A stretch of DNA of 60,025 bases from Tissierellia bacterium. Lineage in GTDB: Bacteria; Bacillota; Clostridia; Tissierellales; Tepidimicrobiaceae. Position numbers and translations under genes: made by a program. How positions within the stretch are numbered: the stretch's first letter is position 1; every line of letters begins with the position of its first letter. The notes below the pieces were generated by a model. That model was not told where the DNA came from, searched no databases, and saw only the letters and a list, made by a program, of their open reading frames with translations. The stretch is taken from positions 1 through 60,025 of the forward strand of contig JAAYRD010000168.1 of the NCBI GenBank assembly GCA_012518955.1. Direction: 5' to 3'. Shown piece after piece: positions 17,681-28,804 of this stretch.

Positions 17681-18901
17681 TTACATATATAACTTAAATT
17701 CTTTATGAAGAGCGGATAATGCTTTTTCCATATCCTCTTCTTTAATTAAACACCAAATTGTATTATGAGAATCTGAGGTTTGAAGAACCTGTATATTTTC
17801 TTTTGACAAAGCTTTTATAATTTTGGCCATCACTCCAGGAACACCCTGCATTTTATATCCTATTGCGCTAATTTTGCAACAATCTTCAATTACTTCATAA
17901 CTTAAATCTTCTTTTTTTAAAATGGATATAAGTTTGTCTTTATCTTCTTTGCTAATTGTAAATATCTTTCTTTCAACTAAAAAGGTAATTAAATCTAAGC
18001 TTATATGATGTGAAGTTATTTCATCCATTAACCTATCTATTTTATCTTCATCCTTATAATCATTTATCGGTATACTTATTTGAACTCTCCCTTTTTTATA
18101 GGTTATAGCCGTAATTATTTTATTATGGAGTAATTCCTTTTTATCATTGCCAAAAGTTCCATTTACTCCTTCAATAGAAGTTCCATCGTTATCACTATAA
18201 GTATTTTTTATAATCAAAGGAATATTGAATTGTTGAGCCAGTTCCACAGCTCTTGGATGAATAACTTTTGCTCCATCTTCCGCTAATTGATATACTTCGG
18301 AATAACCCATTTTTTTCAATACTTTTGCCTCAGGTACTATTGTAGGATCTGCAGTCATTATTCCATCAACATCGGTAAAAATTTCCACATGTTTAGAATT
18401 AAGGGCCTTGCCTATAGCTACTGCTGATATATCGCTTCCTCCACGGCCTAATGTAGTAATTTCACCTTGCTCATTATGACCTTGAAATCCAGGTACTATT
18501 ACTATTTTATTTTCATTTAAATATTTTGTAATGTTTATCGGATTAATATCAATGATTTCAGCATTTCCAAAATTATTATTAGTTAAAATTCCTGCCTGAT
18601 AACCTGGTAAAACTACAACATCATAACCCTTTTCACAAAGATGGTTAGCTAATACCACAGAGGAAATAATTTCTCCACAGGACATAAGTAAATCCATTTC
18701 CTTGCCAGATACTAACTCTGGATCTATTAAATCTAATAGAGTATCAGTAGCATAGGGGTCTCCTTTACGACCCATTGCAGATACAACAACAACAACATTG
18801 TATCCCATATTATACTTTTCAATAATTTTATTAGATGCTTTTTCTCTGCTTTTTTTAGAGGATATGGAGGTTCCTCCAAACTTTTGAACTATCGTTTTCA
18901 T
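17681..18901 (-). CDS. dapG: aspartate kinase (DapG type)
   Basis: VQKFGGTSI...VVVVSAMG...TLGRGGSD kinase motifs and C-terminal ACT domains. Confidence 0.92.
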   Translation of the reverse strand: MKTIVQKFGGTSISSKKSREKASNKIIEKYNMGYNVVVVVSAMGRKGDPYATDTLLDLIDPELVSGKEMDLLMSCGEIISSVVLANHLCEKGYDVVVLPGYQAGILTNNNFGNAEIIDINPINITKYLNENKIVIVPGFQGHNEQGEITTLGRGGSDISAVAIGKALNSKHVEIFTDVDGIMTADPTIVPEAKVLKKMGYSEVYQLAEDGAKVIHPRAVELAQQFNIPLIIKNTYSDNDGTSIEGVNGTFGNDKKELLHNKIITAITYKKGRVQISIPINDYKDEDKIDRLMDEITSHHISLDLITFLVERKIFTISKEDKDKLISILKKEDLSYEVIEDCCKISAIGYKMQGVPGVMAKIIKALSKENIQVLQTSDSHNTIWCLIKEEDMEKALSALHKEFKLYM

Positions 18902-18976
18902 TTAGTATTTCACCCCTAGTATTTTATCTATAGTCTATAATACACTCTTTATAATTTAAAGTAAATTTTTCTACAA

Positions 18977-19210
18977 TTATATTTCGACTATAACCATATC
19001 GTTACCTATTTTTCTTATAGAATCCCATGGTATTTCCTTGTGTTCGCTTTGTCCAAATATACTAAATTGCAGTCTTCGTTCAGGTACTAATAAAGTTAAA
19101 AGCTTTCCAGTTTTTATGTCGACAATGATATCACAATCAGCAATAATTCCAAGCCTTTCTCCATTATTTAAATTTACTAGTTCTTTTCCACCTAGGTCAT
19201 TAAGCATCAT
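18977..19210 (-). CDS. YlmC/YmxH family sporulation protein (PRC-barrel)
   Basis: 77 aa, LGGKELVNLNNGERLG...EIPWDSIRKIGNDMVIV, the typical YmxH sequence. Confidence 0.88.
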   Translation of the reverse strand: MMLNDLGGKELVNLNNGERLGIIADCDIIVDIKTGKLLTLLVPERRLQFSIFGQSEHKEIPWDSIRKIGNDMVIVEI

Positions 19211-19310
19211 AATATCCTCCCCTTTATCACTATTTATTAAATACTATGATTAAATTTAAAAAATATTCGTTATCAATTATGATAAGGTCTGATATGATGC
19301 TATTTTTCAT

Positions 19311-19742
19311 CTAATAACCAGTGTGTCCAAAACCACCTGAATTTCTTTCTGTTTCATCTAAATATTCAACTTCTTTCAATTCTACTTTTTCGTACTTAAT
19401 AATAACCAGTTGGGCTATTCTATCTCCTCTATTTATTATATATTCTTCTTTGCCTAAATTTACTAATATTACTCCTATTTCTCCTCTATAATCACTATCT
19501 ATGGTTCCTATACCGTTAACTAAAGATATACCATGTTTTAAAGCTAGTCCACTTCTTGCCCTTATTTGTCCTTCATATCCTTCAGGTATGGCTATATGCA
19601 AACCCGTTGGAATTAATGCTCTATCCAACGGTTTCAATGAAATAGATTCATTAATATTAGCATATAGATCTAAACCAGATGAACCAGACGTTTTAGAACT
19701 AGGTAGATTAAAAGAGCTTCTATTCATTACCTTTACTATCAT
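19311..19742 (-). CDS. dut: dUTP diphosphatase
   Basis: GSSGLDL, RSGLALKHGI, GTIDSDYRGEI and GGFGHTG dUTPase motifs. Confidence 0.95.
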   Translation of the reverse strand: MIVKVMNRSSFNLPSSKTSGSSGLDLYANINESISLKPLDRALIPTGLHIAIPEGYEGQIRARSGLALKHGISLVNGIGTIDSDYRGEIGVILVNLGKEEYIINRGDRIAQLVIIKYEKVELKEVEYLDETERNSGGFGHTGY

Positions 19743-19786
19743 TTTTTCACCTCATTTATTATTTGCAATTTGTTTTTTTGATTAAT

Positions 19787-20494
19787 CTATTTTACCACAT
19801 TACCTACTGTTGTTATTTCATAATCTTTATCAAATAGATATTTAATTACCTCTGGTAAAGCTAACAAAGTTTCTTCAGTAGGATGCATTAATATAATAGC
19901 TGAATTGTGTATCTTGTTTATTACTCTGTCTATTATTTTATCTTTGGTTGCATCTTGGCGCCAATCTATAGTATCAATACTCCACATTATTATATCATAA
20001 TTTAAATCTTTTGCGGCTTTAATAGTATCATCGTTATATGCTCCTGATGGAGGTGCAAAATAAGTGGATTCAATTCCTAAGGTATTTTTAATAATGTTAT
20101 GGGCTTTTATAATTTCCTCTTTATTCTTTTCATAGCCTAATTTATCATAATCCACATGTCTATATCCGTGATTGCCAATTTCATGACCATGATCATATAT
20201 AGTTTTCAATAATTCGGGATTTTCTTCTGCCCACTTCCCTGTAACAAAATATGTTATTGTTATATCATAATCTTTAAATATTTCTAACATAGGTGGTATA
20301 TGTTCGTTGCCCCAGTCTACATTACAAGCAAATGTAACAACCTTTTCATCTACATTACCTTTATAGTATATATCTGTATTAAAAGTTTCATCTATTCTGC
20401 TATAGGTAGATATATATATACTCGCTACAATAATAATAAAAATAATTATCAATATGGTATATATGGTTTTTTTGTTAATAATTAAAAGCTTCAT
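19787..20494 (-). CDS. polysaccharide deacetylase family protein (YlxY/PdaB-like)
   Basis: NodB motifs (FACNVDWG, HEIGNHGYRH), N-terminal signal anchor, and the conserved position downstream of pnp. Confidence 0.88.
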   Translation of the reverse strand: MKLLIINKKTIYTILIIIFIIIVASIYISTYSRIDETFNTDIYYKGNVDEKVVTFACNVDWGNEHIPPMLEIFKDYDITITYFVTGKWAEENPELLKTIYDHGHEIGNHGYRHVDYDKLGYEKNKEEIIKAHNIIKNTLGIESTYFAPPSGAYNDDTIKAAKDLNYDIIMWSIDTIDWRQDATKDKIIDRVINKIHNSAIILMHPTEETLLALPEVIKYLFDKDYEITTVGNVVK

Positions 20495-20586
20495 ACTTAT
20501 CCCTCCAAATATTCTTTCTATAGTTATTTATATTCAGAGAAATAAAAATTATATTCTTTTTTTATTTTTTAATATAAAAATAAAAA

Positions 20587-20609
20587 CATGAACCTATTCT
20601 TGGTTCATG
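20587..20609 (-). terminator. intrinsic terminator after pnp
   Basis: CATGAACC-7 nt-GGTTCATG, followed by UUUUUAUUUUU on the minus strand. Confidence 0.8.
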
Positions 20610-20612
20610 CAT

Positions 20613-22724
20613 TTATTTCTTATCTTTATTATTTTTTTGGTTTTCTTCCTTAGGTAAAACGGCTTTTCTAGATAAATTTATTCTACCCTGGCCATCTATG
20701 TCTATTACCTTAACCAAGACCTCGTCTCCTACAGATAGGACATCCTCAACTTTTCTTATTCTCTCATGAGCAATATTTGAAATATGCACCAAACCTTCCT
20801 TGCCATTTAAAATCTCAATAAAAGCTCCAAAGGCTACTATTCTTACCACCTTGCCCATATAGATATCTCCAACTTCTACATCTTTTATTACCTGATTTAT
20901 TAACTCTACCGCTTTTTCTCCATTTTCAAATTTTTCAGCAGCAATTAATACTTTTCCGTCATCGTCTATATCAATTTTTACACCGGTTTCATCTATTATC
21001 TTATTGATCATCTTTCCTCCAGGTCCAATTATATCTCTTATTTTATCTGGATCAACTTGCATTGTAAGTATTCTTGGTGCATATGGTGATAACTCTTTTC
21101 TTGGACCAGATATAGTACTATTCATTTTATTTAATATAAATATCCTATCTTTTTTAGCCCTATTTAGTGCTTCTTCTAATATGGATTTATCAATCCCTGA
21201 AATTTTAATATCCATTTGAATTGCTGTTATACCTTTTTCAGTACCAGCTACTTTAAAGTCCATATCTCCTAGATGATCTTCCATACCTTGGATATCTGTT
21301 AGTATTGCTAATTTATCCTCAGATTTTATAAGTCCCATCGCAATTCCTGCTACTGGTGCTTTTATAGGTACACCTGCATCTAGTAATGCTAAGGTGCTAC
21401 CACATACACTTGCTTGAGAGCTAGAACCATTAGAGCTTAACACTTCTGATACTAATCTTATAGTATATGGAAACTCCTCTTCCGATGGTAACACAGGCTC
21501 CAATGCTCTTTCTGCCAAAGCTCCATGTCCTATTTCACGCCTACCTGGACCCCTCATAAACCTAGTATCTCCTACGCTATATGGGGGAAAATTATAATGG
21601 TGCATATATCTTTTAGATTCATCTTCGCTTATCCCATCTATAATTTGAACATCTCCTGATGCGCCTAAAGTTGCTACAGTTAGCACTTGGGTTTGACCCC
21701 TAGTAAACAAAGCTGAACCATGAGTTCTTGGAAGCAAACCAACGTCACAACTTATGGGGCGTATTTCATCTTCTTTCCTATCATCAGGTCTTATACCCTC
21801 TTCTAAAATCAATCTTCTAACTTCCTCTTTTACTATATCATCCAATATTTGCTTGATATTATCCTGCTCTTCTGGATATTCTTCTAGGAAGTTCTCTAAA
21901 GTTTCTTCCTTTACATTTTTGATATTATCTTCTCGCTCTTGCTTTTCATAAGTTTGTATTGCATCTACAAGTTTTTTTGCAGCAAACTCTCTAACCATTT
22001 TTTCCATTTCAGCGTCTGGTTTAAATACCATGTACTCTTGTTTTTCTTTTCCTATATCAGCTGAAATATCTTCAATGAACTTACATAACCCTTTAATATA
22101 TTTATGAGCAAACAATATACCTTCTAGTATTTTGGCCTCAGAAACCTCGTTTGCACCAGCTTCAACCATCATAATAGCATCTTTAGTCCCTGCTACTACT
22201 AAGTGTATATCTGATCTCTCACGTTCTTCACAATTAGGATTTATCACGAATTCACCATCAATTAAACCCACTAGCACGGACGCTGTAGGTCCTTTAAATG
22301 GAATATCAGATATAGATAACGCTATAGATGAACCTATCATTGCAACTATATCTGGAGTATAATCTTGATCTACAGATAAAACTGTTGCTATAACCTGTAC
22401 ATCATTCCTATATCCTTCAGGAAAAAGCGGTCTTATGGGTCTATCTATTAGCCTAGCAGTTAATATAGCCTTTTCACTAGGCCTACCTTCTCTTTTTATA
22501 AATCCACCTGGTATTTTCCCAACAGAATATAGTTTTTCTTCAAAATCAACACTTAAAGGAAAGAAATCTATTCCTTCTCTAGGTTGCTTAGAAGCTGTAG
22601 CTGTAACCAATACAACTGTATCCCCATGTTGTACTAAACAAGCCCCTCCAGCTTGCTCTGCTACCTTTCCCACTGTAACAGAAAGTTGCTTACCAGCTAA
22701 ATCATATTGATATCGTCTTTCCAT
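20613..22724 (-). CDS. pnp: polyribonucleotide nucleotidyltransferase (PNPase)
   Basis: 703 aa with two RNase PH domains, a KH domain ([10 protein letters not shown]) and an S1 domain ([19 protein letters not shown]). Confidence 0.97.
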   Translation of the reverse strand: MERRYQYDLAGKQLSVTVGKVAEQAGGACLVQHGDTVVLVTATASKQPREGIDFFPLSVDFEEKLYSVGKIPGGFIKREGRPSEKAILTARLIDRPIRPLFPEGYRNDVQVIATVLSVDQDYTPDIVAMIGSSIALSISDIPFKGPTASVLVGLIDGEFVINPNCEERERSDIHLVVAGTKDAIMMVEAGANEVSEAKILEGILFAHKYIKGLCKFIEDISADIGKEKQEYMVFKPDAEMEKMVREFAAKKLVDAIQTYEKQEREDNIKNVKEETLENFLEEYPEEQDNIKQILDDIVKEEVRRLILEEGIRPDDRKEDEIRPISCDVGLLPRTHGSALFTRGQTQVLTVATLGASGDVQIIDGISEDESKRYMHHYNFPPYSVGDTRFMRGPGRREIGHGALAERALEPVLPSEEEFPYTIRLVSEVLSSNGSSSQASVCGSTLALLDAGVPIKAPVAGIAMGLIKSEDKLAILTDIQGMEDHLGDMDFKVAGTEKGITAIQMDIKISGIDKSILEEALNRAKKDRIFILNKMNSTISGPRKELSPYAPRILTMQVDPDKIRDIIGPGGKMINKIIDETGVKIDIDDDGKVLIAAEKFENGEKAVELINQVIKDVEVGDIYMGKVVRIVAFGAFIEILNGKEGLVHISNIAHERIRKVEDVLSVGDEVLVKVIDIDGQGRINLSRKAVLPKEENQKNNKDKK

Positions 22725-22794
22725 GTTCTACCTCCTCTTGTATAATAGTATTATTATAACCTGTTCAATGAATAAAATCACTTAATAAATTAAT

Positions 22795-22818
22795 AGAGCG
22801 GGAAAAGTCCCCCGCTCT
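22795..22818 (-). terminator. rpsO terminator / pnp leader hairpin
   Basis: AGAGCGGG-8 nt-CCCGCTCT immediately after the rpsO stop, with an AU-rich tail. Confidence 0.75.
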
Positions 22819-22820
22819 TA

Positions 22821-23096
22821 TTAGCCTCTAAGTCCTAATTTTTCAATTAAAGCTCGATATCTTTCAATATCATTTTTTTCCAAATATCTTAATAAACCTC
22901 TTCTTTGACCAATCATTTTAAACAATCCTCTTCTGGAATGATGATCCTTTTTGTGAGTTTTAAGATGATTTGTTAAATAATTGATTCTATGACTTAAAAT
23001 TGCAATCTGCACTTCTGGTGATCCTGTATCACCTTCGTGTATCTTGTACTCATCAATAATTTGAGCTTTTTGTTCTTTAGTCAATGTCATAGCCAT
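22821..23096 (-). CDS. rpsO: 30S ribosomal protein S15
   Basis: [33 protein letters not shown]. The start may be the second ATG (23090), which has better spacing from the GAGGAGG RBS. Confidence 0.95.
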   Translation of the reverse strand: MAMTLTKEQKAQIIDEYKIHEGDTGSPEVQIAILSHRINYLTNHLKTHKKDHHSRRGLFKMIGQRRGLLRYLEKNDIERYRALIEKLGLRG

Positions 23097-23170
23097 ACCT
23101 CCTCTTCTTTATAATTCACCATTAGCTAAGTAAATCGCCGAGGAAACGATGAACACAGCTGATGGTATAA
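23097..23170 (-). promoter_or_regulatory. candidate structured rpsO 5' leader (possible S15 autoregulatory element)
   Basis: On the minus strand, CCATCAGCT (23165-23157) pairs with AGCTAATGG (23127-23119), 8 of 9 bp. It encloses an ATCG...CGAT inner stem, about 20 nt upstream of the RBS. Confidence 0.3.
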
Positions 23171-23277
23171 ATAAAAATAGATACTAATATTTAATATAAT
23201 TATTATATCTATTTTGAACTCTATACTGAGAATATCATATTTTTTGACTATTATCAATATTTTTATCGATTAAATAA

Positions 23278-24192
23278 TTATTTAATCGATTCAATATCCA
23301 TTTTTATTTGGTTTATCAGTTCTTCCACTGTATTAAACTTTATATCTTCTCTAATAAAGTCGATAAACTCTACTTCGATTACCTCACCATAGATATCATC
23401 GCTAAAATTTAAAATATGGGTTTCAATTTTTAATTCATTATCTTTAAAAGTAGGATTGTATCCTATATTTGTAATGCTTAAATATTTTCTATTATTTAAA
23501 AAAGTGTTTGTTTTATAAACACCTGGTTTTGGTAATATATAGTTATGATTCAATTTAATATTGGCTGTAGGATATCCTAGCTTTGTCCCTCTATTTTTGC
23601 CTCCAATCACTACTCCCTCTATTGCATAATGACGACCAAGAAATTTGTTCGTTCTTTCTATATTGCCAGATTTTATTAATTCTCGTATTGCTGTACTACT
23701 AACAATATCTTCTTCCGAGTATATAGGATTTATAATATTAACCAAAAAACCTTTCTCTAACCCAAGTTTTTTCAAATAATGACTATCACCTGTTGCCTTA
23801 TATCCAAATTTATAATCAAATCCAACTGTAACCAATTTGGAGTTTAATTTCCCTATAATAATTTTTTCAACAAATTCTTTCCCAGTTAACTTCATTATAC
23901 TTTTATTAAAATTCATTATATATACAATCTCTACACCTAAATCTTGAAGAATTTTAAATTTCTGATCATTGGAAGTTATGATATTTACTTTAAAATCCTT
24001 ATTGCTTTCTAATATATCTTTGGTATGATTTTTAAATAGTAGAACAGAACTTTTAAGATCCCTTTCCTTTGCTTTCTCAACCATACTTTGTATTAAATAT
24101 CTGTGTCCTATGTGAATTCCATCAAAATTACCCAATGCTACTGCAGTCTCATACCTTTTTTCTTCATAATTATCTAAATCTATAATTTCCAT
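23278..24192 (-). CDS. ribF: bifunctional riboflavin kinase / FAD synthetase
   Basis: GNFDGIHIGH nucleotidyltransferase motif and C-terminal riboflavin kinase (GYPTANI). ATG 24192 has an AAGGTGA RBS; the track start is GTG 24201. Confidence 0.93.
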   Translation of the reverse strand: MEIIDLDNYEEKRYETAVALGNFDGIHIGHRYLIQSMVEKAKERDLKSSVLLFKNHTKDILESNKDFKVNIITSNDQKFKILQDLGVEIVYIMNFNKSIMKLTGKEFVEKIIIGKLNSKLVTVGFDYKFGYKATGDSHYLKKLGLEKGFLVNIINPIYSEEDIVSSTAIRELIKSGNIERTNKFLGRHYAIEGVVIGGKNRGTKLGYPTANIKLNHNYILPKPGVYKTNTFLNNRKYLSITNIGYNPTFKDNELKIETHILNFSDDIYGEVIEVEFIDFIREDIKFNTVEELINQIKMDIESIK

Positions 24193-24202
24193 CTTTATCA
24201 CC

Positions 24203-25096
24203 TTATATAAGAACTTTACTCATTTTTAAATATGGTATTTCATTTTCTTGAAAAACCTGTCCTATACCAATAAAGTTATCATTACAATATACTTTCAATG
24301 GTATACCCTCTTTATAATTTTCTGAACTCTGGTTTTCTATATATATAGTAGCACCATTAATTAAGCGTTTATAAAGTTTTTTATCTATAATTATAGAATC
24401 TAGGTGATGTAGCCCTTCATCCATAGGATAGATAATTGACTTTAACTTTTCTTTATCTAAGCTTTCTATATAATCTAAACTATAGCTATTTGATATTTTA
24501 AAATCCCCTACACCCACTCTAACTAGATAAGACATATATCCATATGTACCTAAAGCTTCTCCTATATCATCACATAATGTTCTTATATAGGTACCTCTAG
24601 AACACTTAGTATAGAAAATGATTTTTTTATTATCTATTATATTCAGTATATTTAAATCATATATATATATATCCCTAGGTTTTCTTTCAACAACTTTGCC
24701 TTCTCTGGCAATTTCATATAGTTTTTTCCCTTTATATCTTACAGCAGAATGCATAGGAGGAACTTGTTTGATTTTCCCCTTAAACTGATTAAAAACATTA
24801 CAAATTTCAGTTTCAGTAACTCTCTTAGATGATCTATTTAATACTTTTCCCCATTTGTCCTGTGTATCCGTAGCTAGTCCAAGGCATAGCTCTCCAATAT
24901 ACTCTTTATCAAGATCTAATAAGTATTCACTTACCCTTGTAGCTTTTCCAATGCATAAAGGCAAAACTCCTGTTGCATTTGGATCCAATGTCCCAGTGTG
25001 ACCAACCCTTTTAATTTTAAGTATCCGCCTTATTTTATTTACAACATCATGGGAAGTTATGCCTTTAGGTTTAAATATATTGATAATTCCATCCAT
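24203..25096 (-). CDS. truB: tRNA pseudouridine(55) synthase TruB
   Basis: GIINIFKPKGITSHDVV...VGHTGTLDPNATGVLP catalytic Asp motif. ATG 25096 follows an AGGTGA RBS. Confidence 0.95.
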   Translation of the reverse strand: MDGIINIFKPKGITSHDVVNKIRRILKIKRVGHTGTLDPNATGVLPLCIGKATRVSEYLLDLDKEYIGELCLGLATDTQDKWGKVLNRSSKRVTETEICNVFNQFKGKIKQVPPMHSAVRYKGKKLYEIAREGKVVERKPRDIYIYDLNILNIIDNKKIIFYTKCSRGTYIRTLCDDIGEALGTYGYMSYLVRVGVGDFKISNSYSLDYIESLDKEKLKSIIYPMDEGLHHLDSIIIDKKLYKRLINGATIYIENQSSENYKEGIPLKVYCNDNFIGIGQVFQENEIPYLKMSKVLI

Positions 25097-25101
25097 AAAA
25101 A

Positions 25102-26073
25102 TCACCTAAATGCCATTTCTATTTCTTTTAATATTAACTTTTTAGCCTCTTTAATACTGCCATAAATAGTACATCCCGCCGCTCTTATGTGTCCTCCACC
25201 ATTAAACTTATTACATATTTTAGAAACATCTATTGCTTTTTTACTTCTAATGCTAACCTTGACCTCTGACTCATCTATCTCCTTTAAAAGACAAGCTACT
25301 TCCACTGTATCAATATCTCTAACAAAAGATATTATCCCTTCTGTATCCTCCAATTTTGCATCATTAGACTCAAGCATATCCTGGGTAGTAGTAACAATAG
25401 CTACTTTATCGTCTAAAAGTATTTCTAAGGTATCTAAAGAGTCTAAAAATAATTTTGTTCTTTCCATGCTTCTGCTTTGGTAAATATTAATGTTTATGTC
25501 ATTAATATTTATACCAATTTTCAATAGCTCCGCTACAATTAAATGAGTCTTATAGGTAGTATTGCTATACATAAAACTGCCTGTATCTGTACTTATTGCA
25601 GTATATAAACATGTTGCAATATTTTTATCAATTTGAACATCCATTTTTTTTATAATTTTATACACTAGTTCTCCAGTTGCAGCAGAAGAAGGGGATACTA
25701 TATTCAAATCACCAAAATTATCATTCGTAATATGATGATCAATATTTACAATCTGTTTTGCCTTTAACGCCAGTTTTTTACCTGAACCTAATCTTTCCAT
25801 ATCCCCGCAATCTAATGCTATAAAAAGGTCAATATTCTCATCATCAAACTCTTTAATAAGCTCTATATTAGGTAAAAATTGATAATCAGAAGGTATATCA
25901 TCTACTTTTAATATCCTAACCTTACCTTTTAGTTTTTCTATGGCCATTCCTAAAGCTAATATGGATCCAATACTATCCCCATCTGGTTGTACATGAGAAG
26001 CAATCAATATATTATCAGATTCTTTTATTAGCCTAATAGCATCATCCATTAAAAAATCTATTTTTTTATCCAT
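25102..26073 (-). CDS. nrnA: DHH/DHHA1 phosphoesterase (NrnA-type oligoribonuclease / pAp phosphatase)
   Basis: SHVQPDGDSIGS, IDHH and GGGHIRAAG motifs. ATG 26073 overlaps the rbfA stop (ATGGATAA), so the longer track ORF is not needed. Confidence 0.88.
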   Translation of the reverse strand: MDKKIDFLMDDAIRLIKESDNILIASHVQPDGDSIGSILALGMAIEKLKGKVRILKVDDIPSDYQFLPNIELIKEFDDENIDLFIALDCGDMERLGSGKKLALKAKQIVNIDHHITNDNFGDLNIVSPSSAATGELVYKIIKKMDVQIDKNIATCLYTAISTDTGSFMYSNTTYKTHLIVAELLKIGININDININIYQSRSMERTKLFLDSLDTLEILLDDKVAIVTTTQDMLESNDAKLEDTEGIISFVRDIDTVEVACLLKEIDESEVKVSIRSKKAIDVSKICNKFNGGGHIRAAGCTIYGSIKEAKKLILKEIEMAFR

Positions 26074-26443
26074 TTGATCTTTCCTTTTTTTCTGCATCTT
26101 CCTTAGCAACTTTCTCTATTAGTTTTGACATGTATATCCCCTGCTCAATGGACTGATCTAGATGAAAAACCAATTCCGGAACATATCTTAAATCTATCTT
26201 ACTAGCTATCTCTTTTCTAATAAATCCCTTTGCACTTTCCAATCCTTTTAATGTATCTTCTTTTTCTTCTTTATCTCCCAGAACACTGACATAAATATTT
26301 GCATACCCTAAATCTCTTGTAATTTCTACATTGGTAACACTAGTCATAGGATTTATCCTAGGATCTTTCAGTCCAATTGTTAATAATTCTGAAACTATTT
26401 TCCTTACCTCTTCTGATATTCTGTTAATCCTTTTAATATTCAT
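26066..26443 (-). CDS. rbfA: ribosome-binding factor A
   Basis: RINRISEEVRKIVSELL...DPR...VTNVEITRDL...VPEL.F, the typical RbfA sequence. Confidence 0.95.
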   Translation of the reverse strand: MNIKRINRISEEVRKIVSELLTIGLKDPRINPMTSVTNVEITRDLGYANIYVSVLGDKEEKEDTLKGLESAKGFIRKEIASKIDLRYVPELVFHLDQSIEQGIYMSKLIEKVAKEDAEKKERSNG

Positions 26444-26456
26444 AAAGGTTCACCTC

Positions 26457-28472
26457 TTACCTTTCTACTTCTTTTAATACATAAGCTTCTAAAGTATCTC
26501 CCTCTTTGATATCATTATAATTCTCAAGTCCCAAACCACCCTCATAGCCAGATGATATTTCCCTTACATCATCCTTAAATCTTTTTAGAGAAGACACGTC
26601 ACCTTCAAATATAACAACATCGTTTCTTAATAATCTAATAGTGCTATTTCTTGTAATTTTACCTTGTTGAATGTATATTCCAGCTACTGTACCTGCATTT
26701 GGAACTTTAAATGTAGCTCTTACCTCCGCTCTTCCAATAACTTGCTCCACATATTTTGGCTCTAGCATACCTTTTATAGCAGATTTAATATCTTCAATTG
26801 CTTCATATATAACTCTATAGGTCCTTACATCTACATTTTGTTCCTTTGCTATATCCAAAGCGTTTAGTGTAGGTCTTACATTAAAACCAATGATTATTGC
26901 ATTGGAAGCAGATGCTAACATAATGTCACTTTCGGTTATGCCGCCTACACCCCCATGAATAATGTTAACTTTTACTTCTTCATTTTCTAACTGCTCAATA
27001 GATTGCTTAACTGCATCTATAGTTCCTCTTACATCTGTTTTTATAATTATATTAAGATCTTTAATTTCTCCTAATTGGATTTTTTCAAATAAATCATCTA
27101 AAGATACCTGTTGTGAAGATTTTAGTTGTTCTTCCCTTAATGTTTCTTTCTTTTTATTAGCATAGGTTCTTGCAGTTTTTTCATCGTCTACTACATATAT
27201 AATATCGCCAGAATTAGGTACGTCTGATAGACCTAAAATAATAGCTGGAATAGATGGTCTAGCTTTTTTAATGGACTTTCCTTTATCATCAAACATTGCT
27301 CTTACCCTACCATAAGCACTGCCACAAACTATCATATCTCCAACTTTTAGAGTACCTTTTTGTACTAAAACTGTAGCAACAGGGCCTCTCCCCTTATCTA
27401 ATTGGGCTTCAACAACCGTGCATACTGCATTTCGGTTAGGATTAGCCTTAAGTTCCTGCATCTCTGCAACAAGTAAAATCATCTCTAATAATTCATCAAT
27501 ACCCTCTTTTCTTAAAGCTGAAACAGGGACAATAATTGTATCTCCGCCCCAATCTTCAGGTACCAATCCATATTCAACCAATTCCTGTTTTATTCTATCT
27601 ATATTAGCATCCGGCTTATCAATTTTATTAACCGCAACAATAATTGGAACTTCAGCAGCTTTAGCATGATTTATAGCTTCTATTGTTTGTGGCATTACGC
27701 CATCGTCGGCTGCAACTACTAAGATTGCAATATCCGTAACCTGTGTACCCCGAGCTCTCATAGAAGTAAAAGCTTCGTGTCCAGGAGTGTCTAAAAAGAT
27801 TACCTTATTACCTTCTACATTTACGATAGAAGCCCCTATATGTTGTGTTATACCTCCAGCCTCTTCCTTGGTTACGCTTGTTTTTCTAATAGCATCTAAT
27901 AAGGATGTTTTACCATGATCCACATGACCCATTACAGTAACCACAGGCGGCCTTGATTTTAAATTTGATGGTTCATCTTCAAAGTCCAGATCAAATTCAT
28001 CATCTATTTCATCTTCTATTTCTATATCAGGTGAGATTACCTGAAAACCAAACTCTTCCCCTATAATACTAGCCGTATCAAAATCAATAGGTTGATTTTG
28101 ACTAGCCATAACTCCTAAACTTATTAACTTTGTAATTACCTGAGTTGGATTTACTGACATTTTCTCAGCAAAATCACTAACAATTATAGTATCCTCTATC
28201 TCTAAAAAGTTATCCTTAGTTTCTTCAATATCATTTTCTTTGTTTTGATTTTTTTCATTTTTCATATTTTTAGTCTTTTTATTTTTTCCTTTATCAGTTA
28301 TTTTTGCTTCATTTTCATCATCAATAAGCTGTTTAATAGTTTCCGCTTCATCACTTCCCAATGTACTCATGTGACTATTTACATTTAAATCTAATTCTTT
28401 CATTTTTTCTATCAAATCTTTACTAGCCATGTTTAACTCTTTAGCTAATTCATATACTCTTATTTTTATCAA
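26457..28472 (-). CDS. infB: translation initiation factor IF-2
   Basis: [13 protein letters not shown]-terminus and [21 protein letters not shown] GTPase motifs. TTG 28472 lies 6 nt after a GGGGGTG RBS; the track start is 28487. Confidence 0.96.
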   Translation of the reverse strand: MIKIRVYELAKELNMASKDLIEKMKELDLNVNSHMSTLGSDEAETIKQLIDDENEAKITDKGKNKKTKNMKNEKNQNKENDIEETKDNFLEIEDTIIVSDFAEKMSVNPTQVITKLISLGVMASQNQPIDFDTASIIGEEFGFQVISPDIEIEDEIDDEFDLDFEDEPSNLKSRPPVVTVMGHVDHGKTSLLDAIRKTSVTKEEAGGITQHIGASIVNVEGNKVIFLDTPGHEAFTSMRARGTQVTDIAILVVAADDGVMPQTIEAINHAKAAEVPIIVAVNKIDKPDANIDRIKQELVEYGLVPEDWGGDTIIVPVSALRKEGIDELLEMILLVAEMQELKANPNRNAVCTVVEAQLDKGRGPVATVLVQKGTLKVGDMIVCGSAYGRVRAMFDDKGKSIKKARPSIPAIILGLSDVPNSGDIIYVVDDEKTARTYANKKKETLREEQLKSSQQVSLDDLFEKIQLGEIKDLNIIIKTDVRGTIDAVKQSIEQLENEEVKVNIIHGGVGGITESDIMLASASNAIIIGFNVRPTLNALDIAKEQNVDVRTYRVIYEAIEDIKSAIKGMLEPKYVEQVIGRAEVRATFKVPNAGTVAGIYIQQGKITRNSTIRLLRNDVVIFEGDVSSLKRFKDDVREISSGYEGGLGLENYNDIKEGDTLEAYVLKEVER

Positions 28473-28520
28473 ACTATACACCCCCAATGTTTTTTACAGG
28501 TGATAATTAGCATCACAGTC

Positions 28521-28787
28521 TTACTCATGTTTAATTATATCTCTAACCCTGTCATACAACTCATCTGGTATATTTACCTTTAAGGCCTTAGAAAGTTGTT
28601 TATTCTTTTTTGACTTATCTAGACATTCTTGAGTTGGGCAAATATAAGCTCCCCTACCATTCGCCTTTCCAGTTAAATCAATATCCAAATGACCTTCTTT
28701 GCTTTTTACTATTCTAAGCAATTCTTTTTTTGGCTTGTTTTCACTGCAAGCAACACATTTTCTTAAAGGAACTTTTTTTCTTTTCAC
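28521..28787 (-). CDS. ylxR: YlxR/RnpM family RNA-binding protein (DUF448)
   Basis: PLRKCVAC...GRGAYIC motif. Conserved nusA-ylxR-infB position. Confidence 0.9.
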   Translation of the reverse strand: MKRKKVPLRKCVACSENKPKKELLRIVKSKEGHLDIDLTGKANGRGAYICPTQECLDKSKKNKQLSKALKVNIPDELYDRVRDIIKHE

Positions 28788-28804
28788 TTATTACCCACCA
28801 CCTT

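Noticed and set aside
18902-18976. A possible lysine riboswitch (L-box) upstream of the aspartate kinase gene.
   Set aside because: The spacer is only 75 nt, too short for an L-box aptamer and expression platform, and no conserved L-box helices are visible.
26066-26109. A 44-nt overlap between rbfA and the DHH phosphoesterase track ORF, and similar long 5' extensions of the rpsB, flhB, uppS, infB and fliP track ORFs. These could be read as frameshifts or fusions.
   Set aside because: Each has an internal start codon with a good Shine-Dalgarno sequence. Using it gives the conserved protein N-terminus and a normal 1-8 nt coupling overlap.
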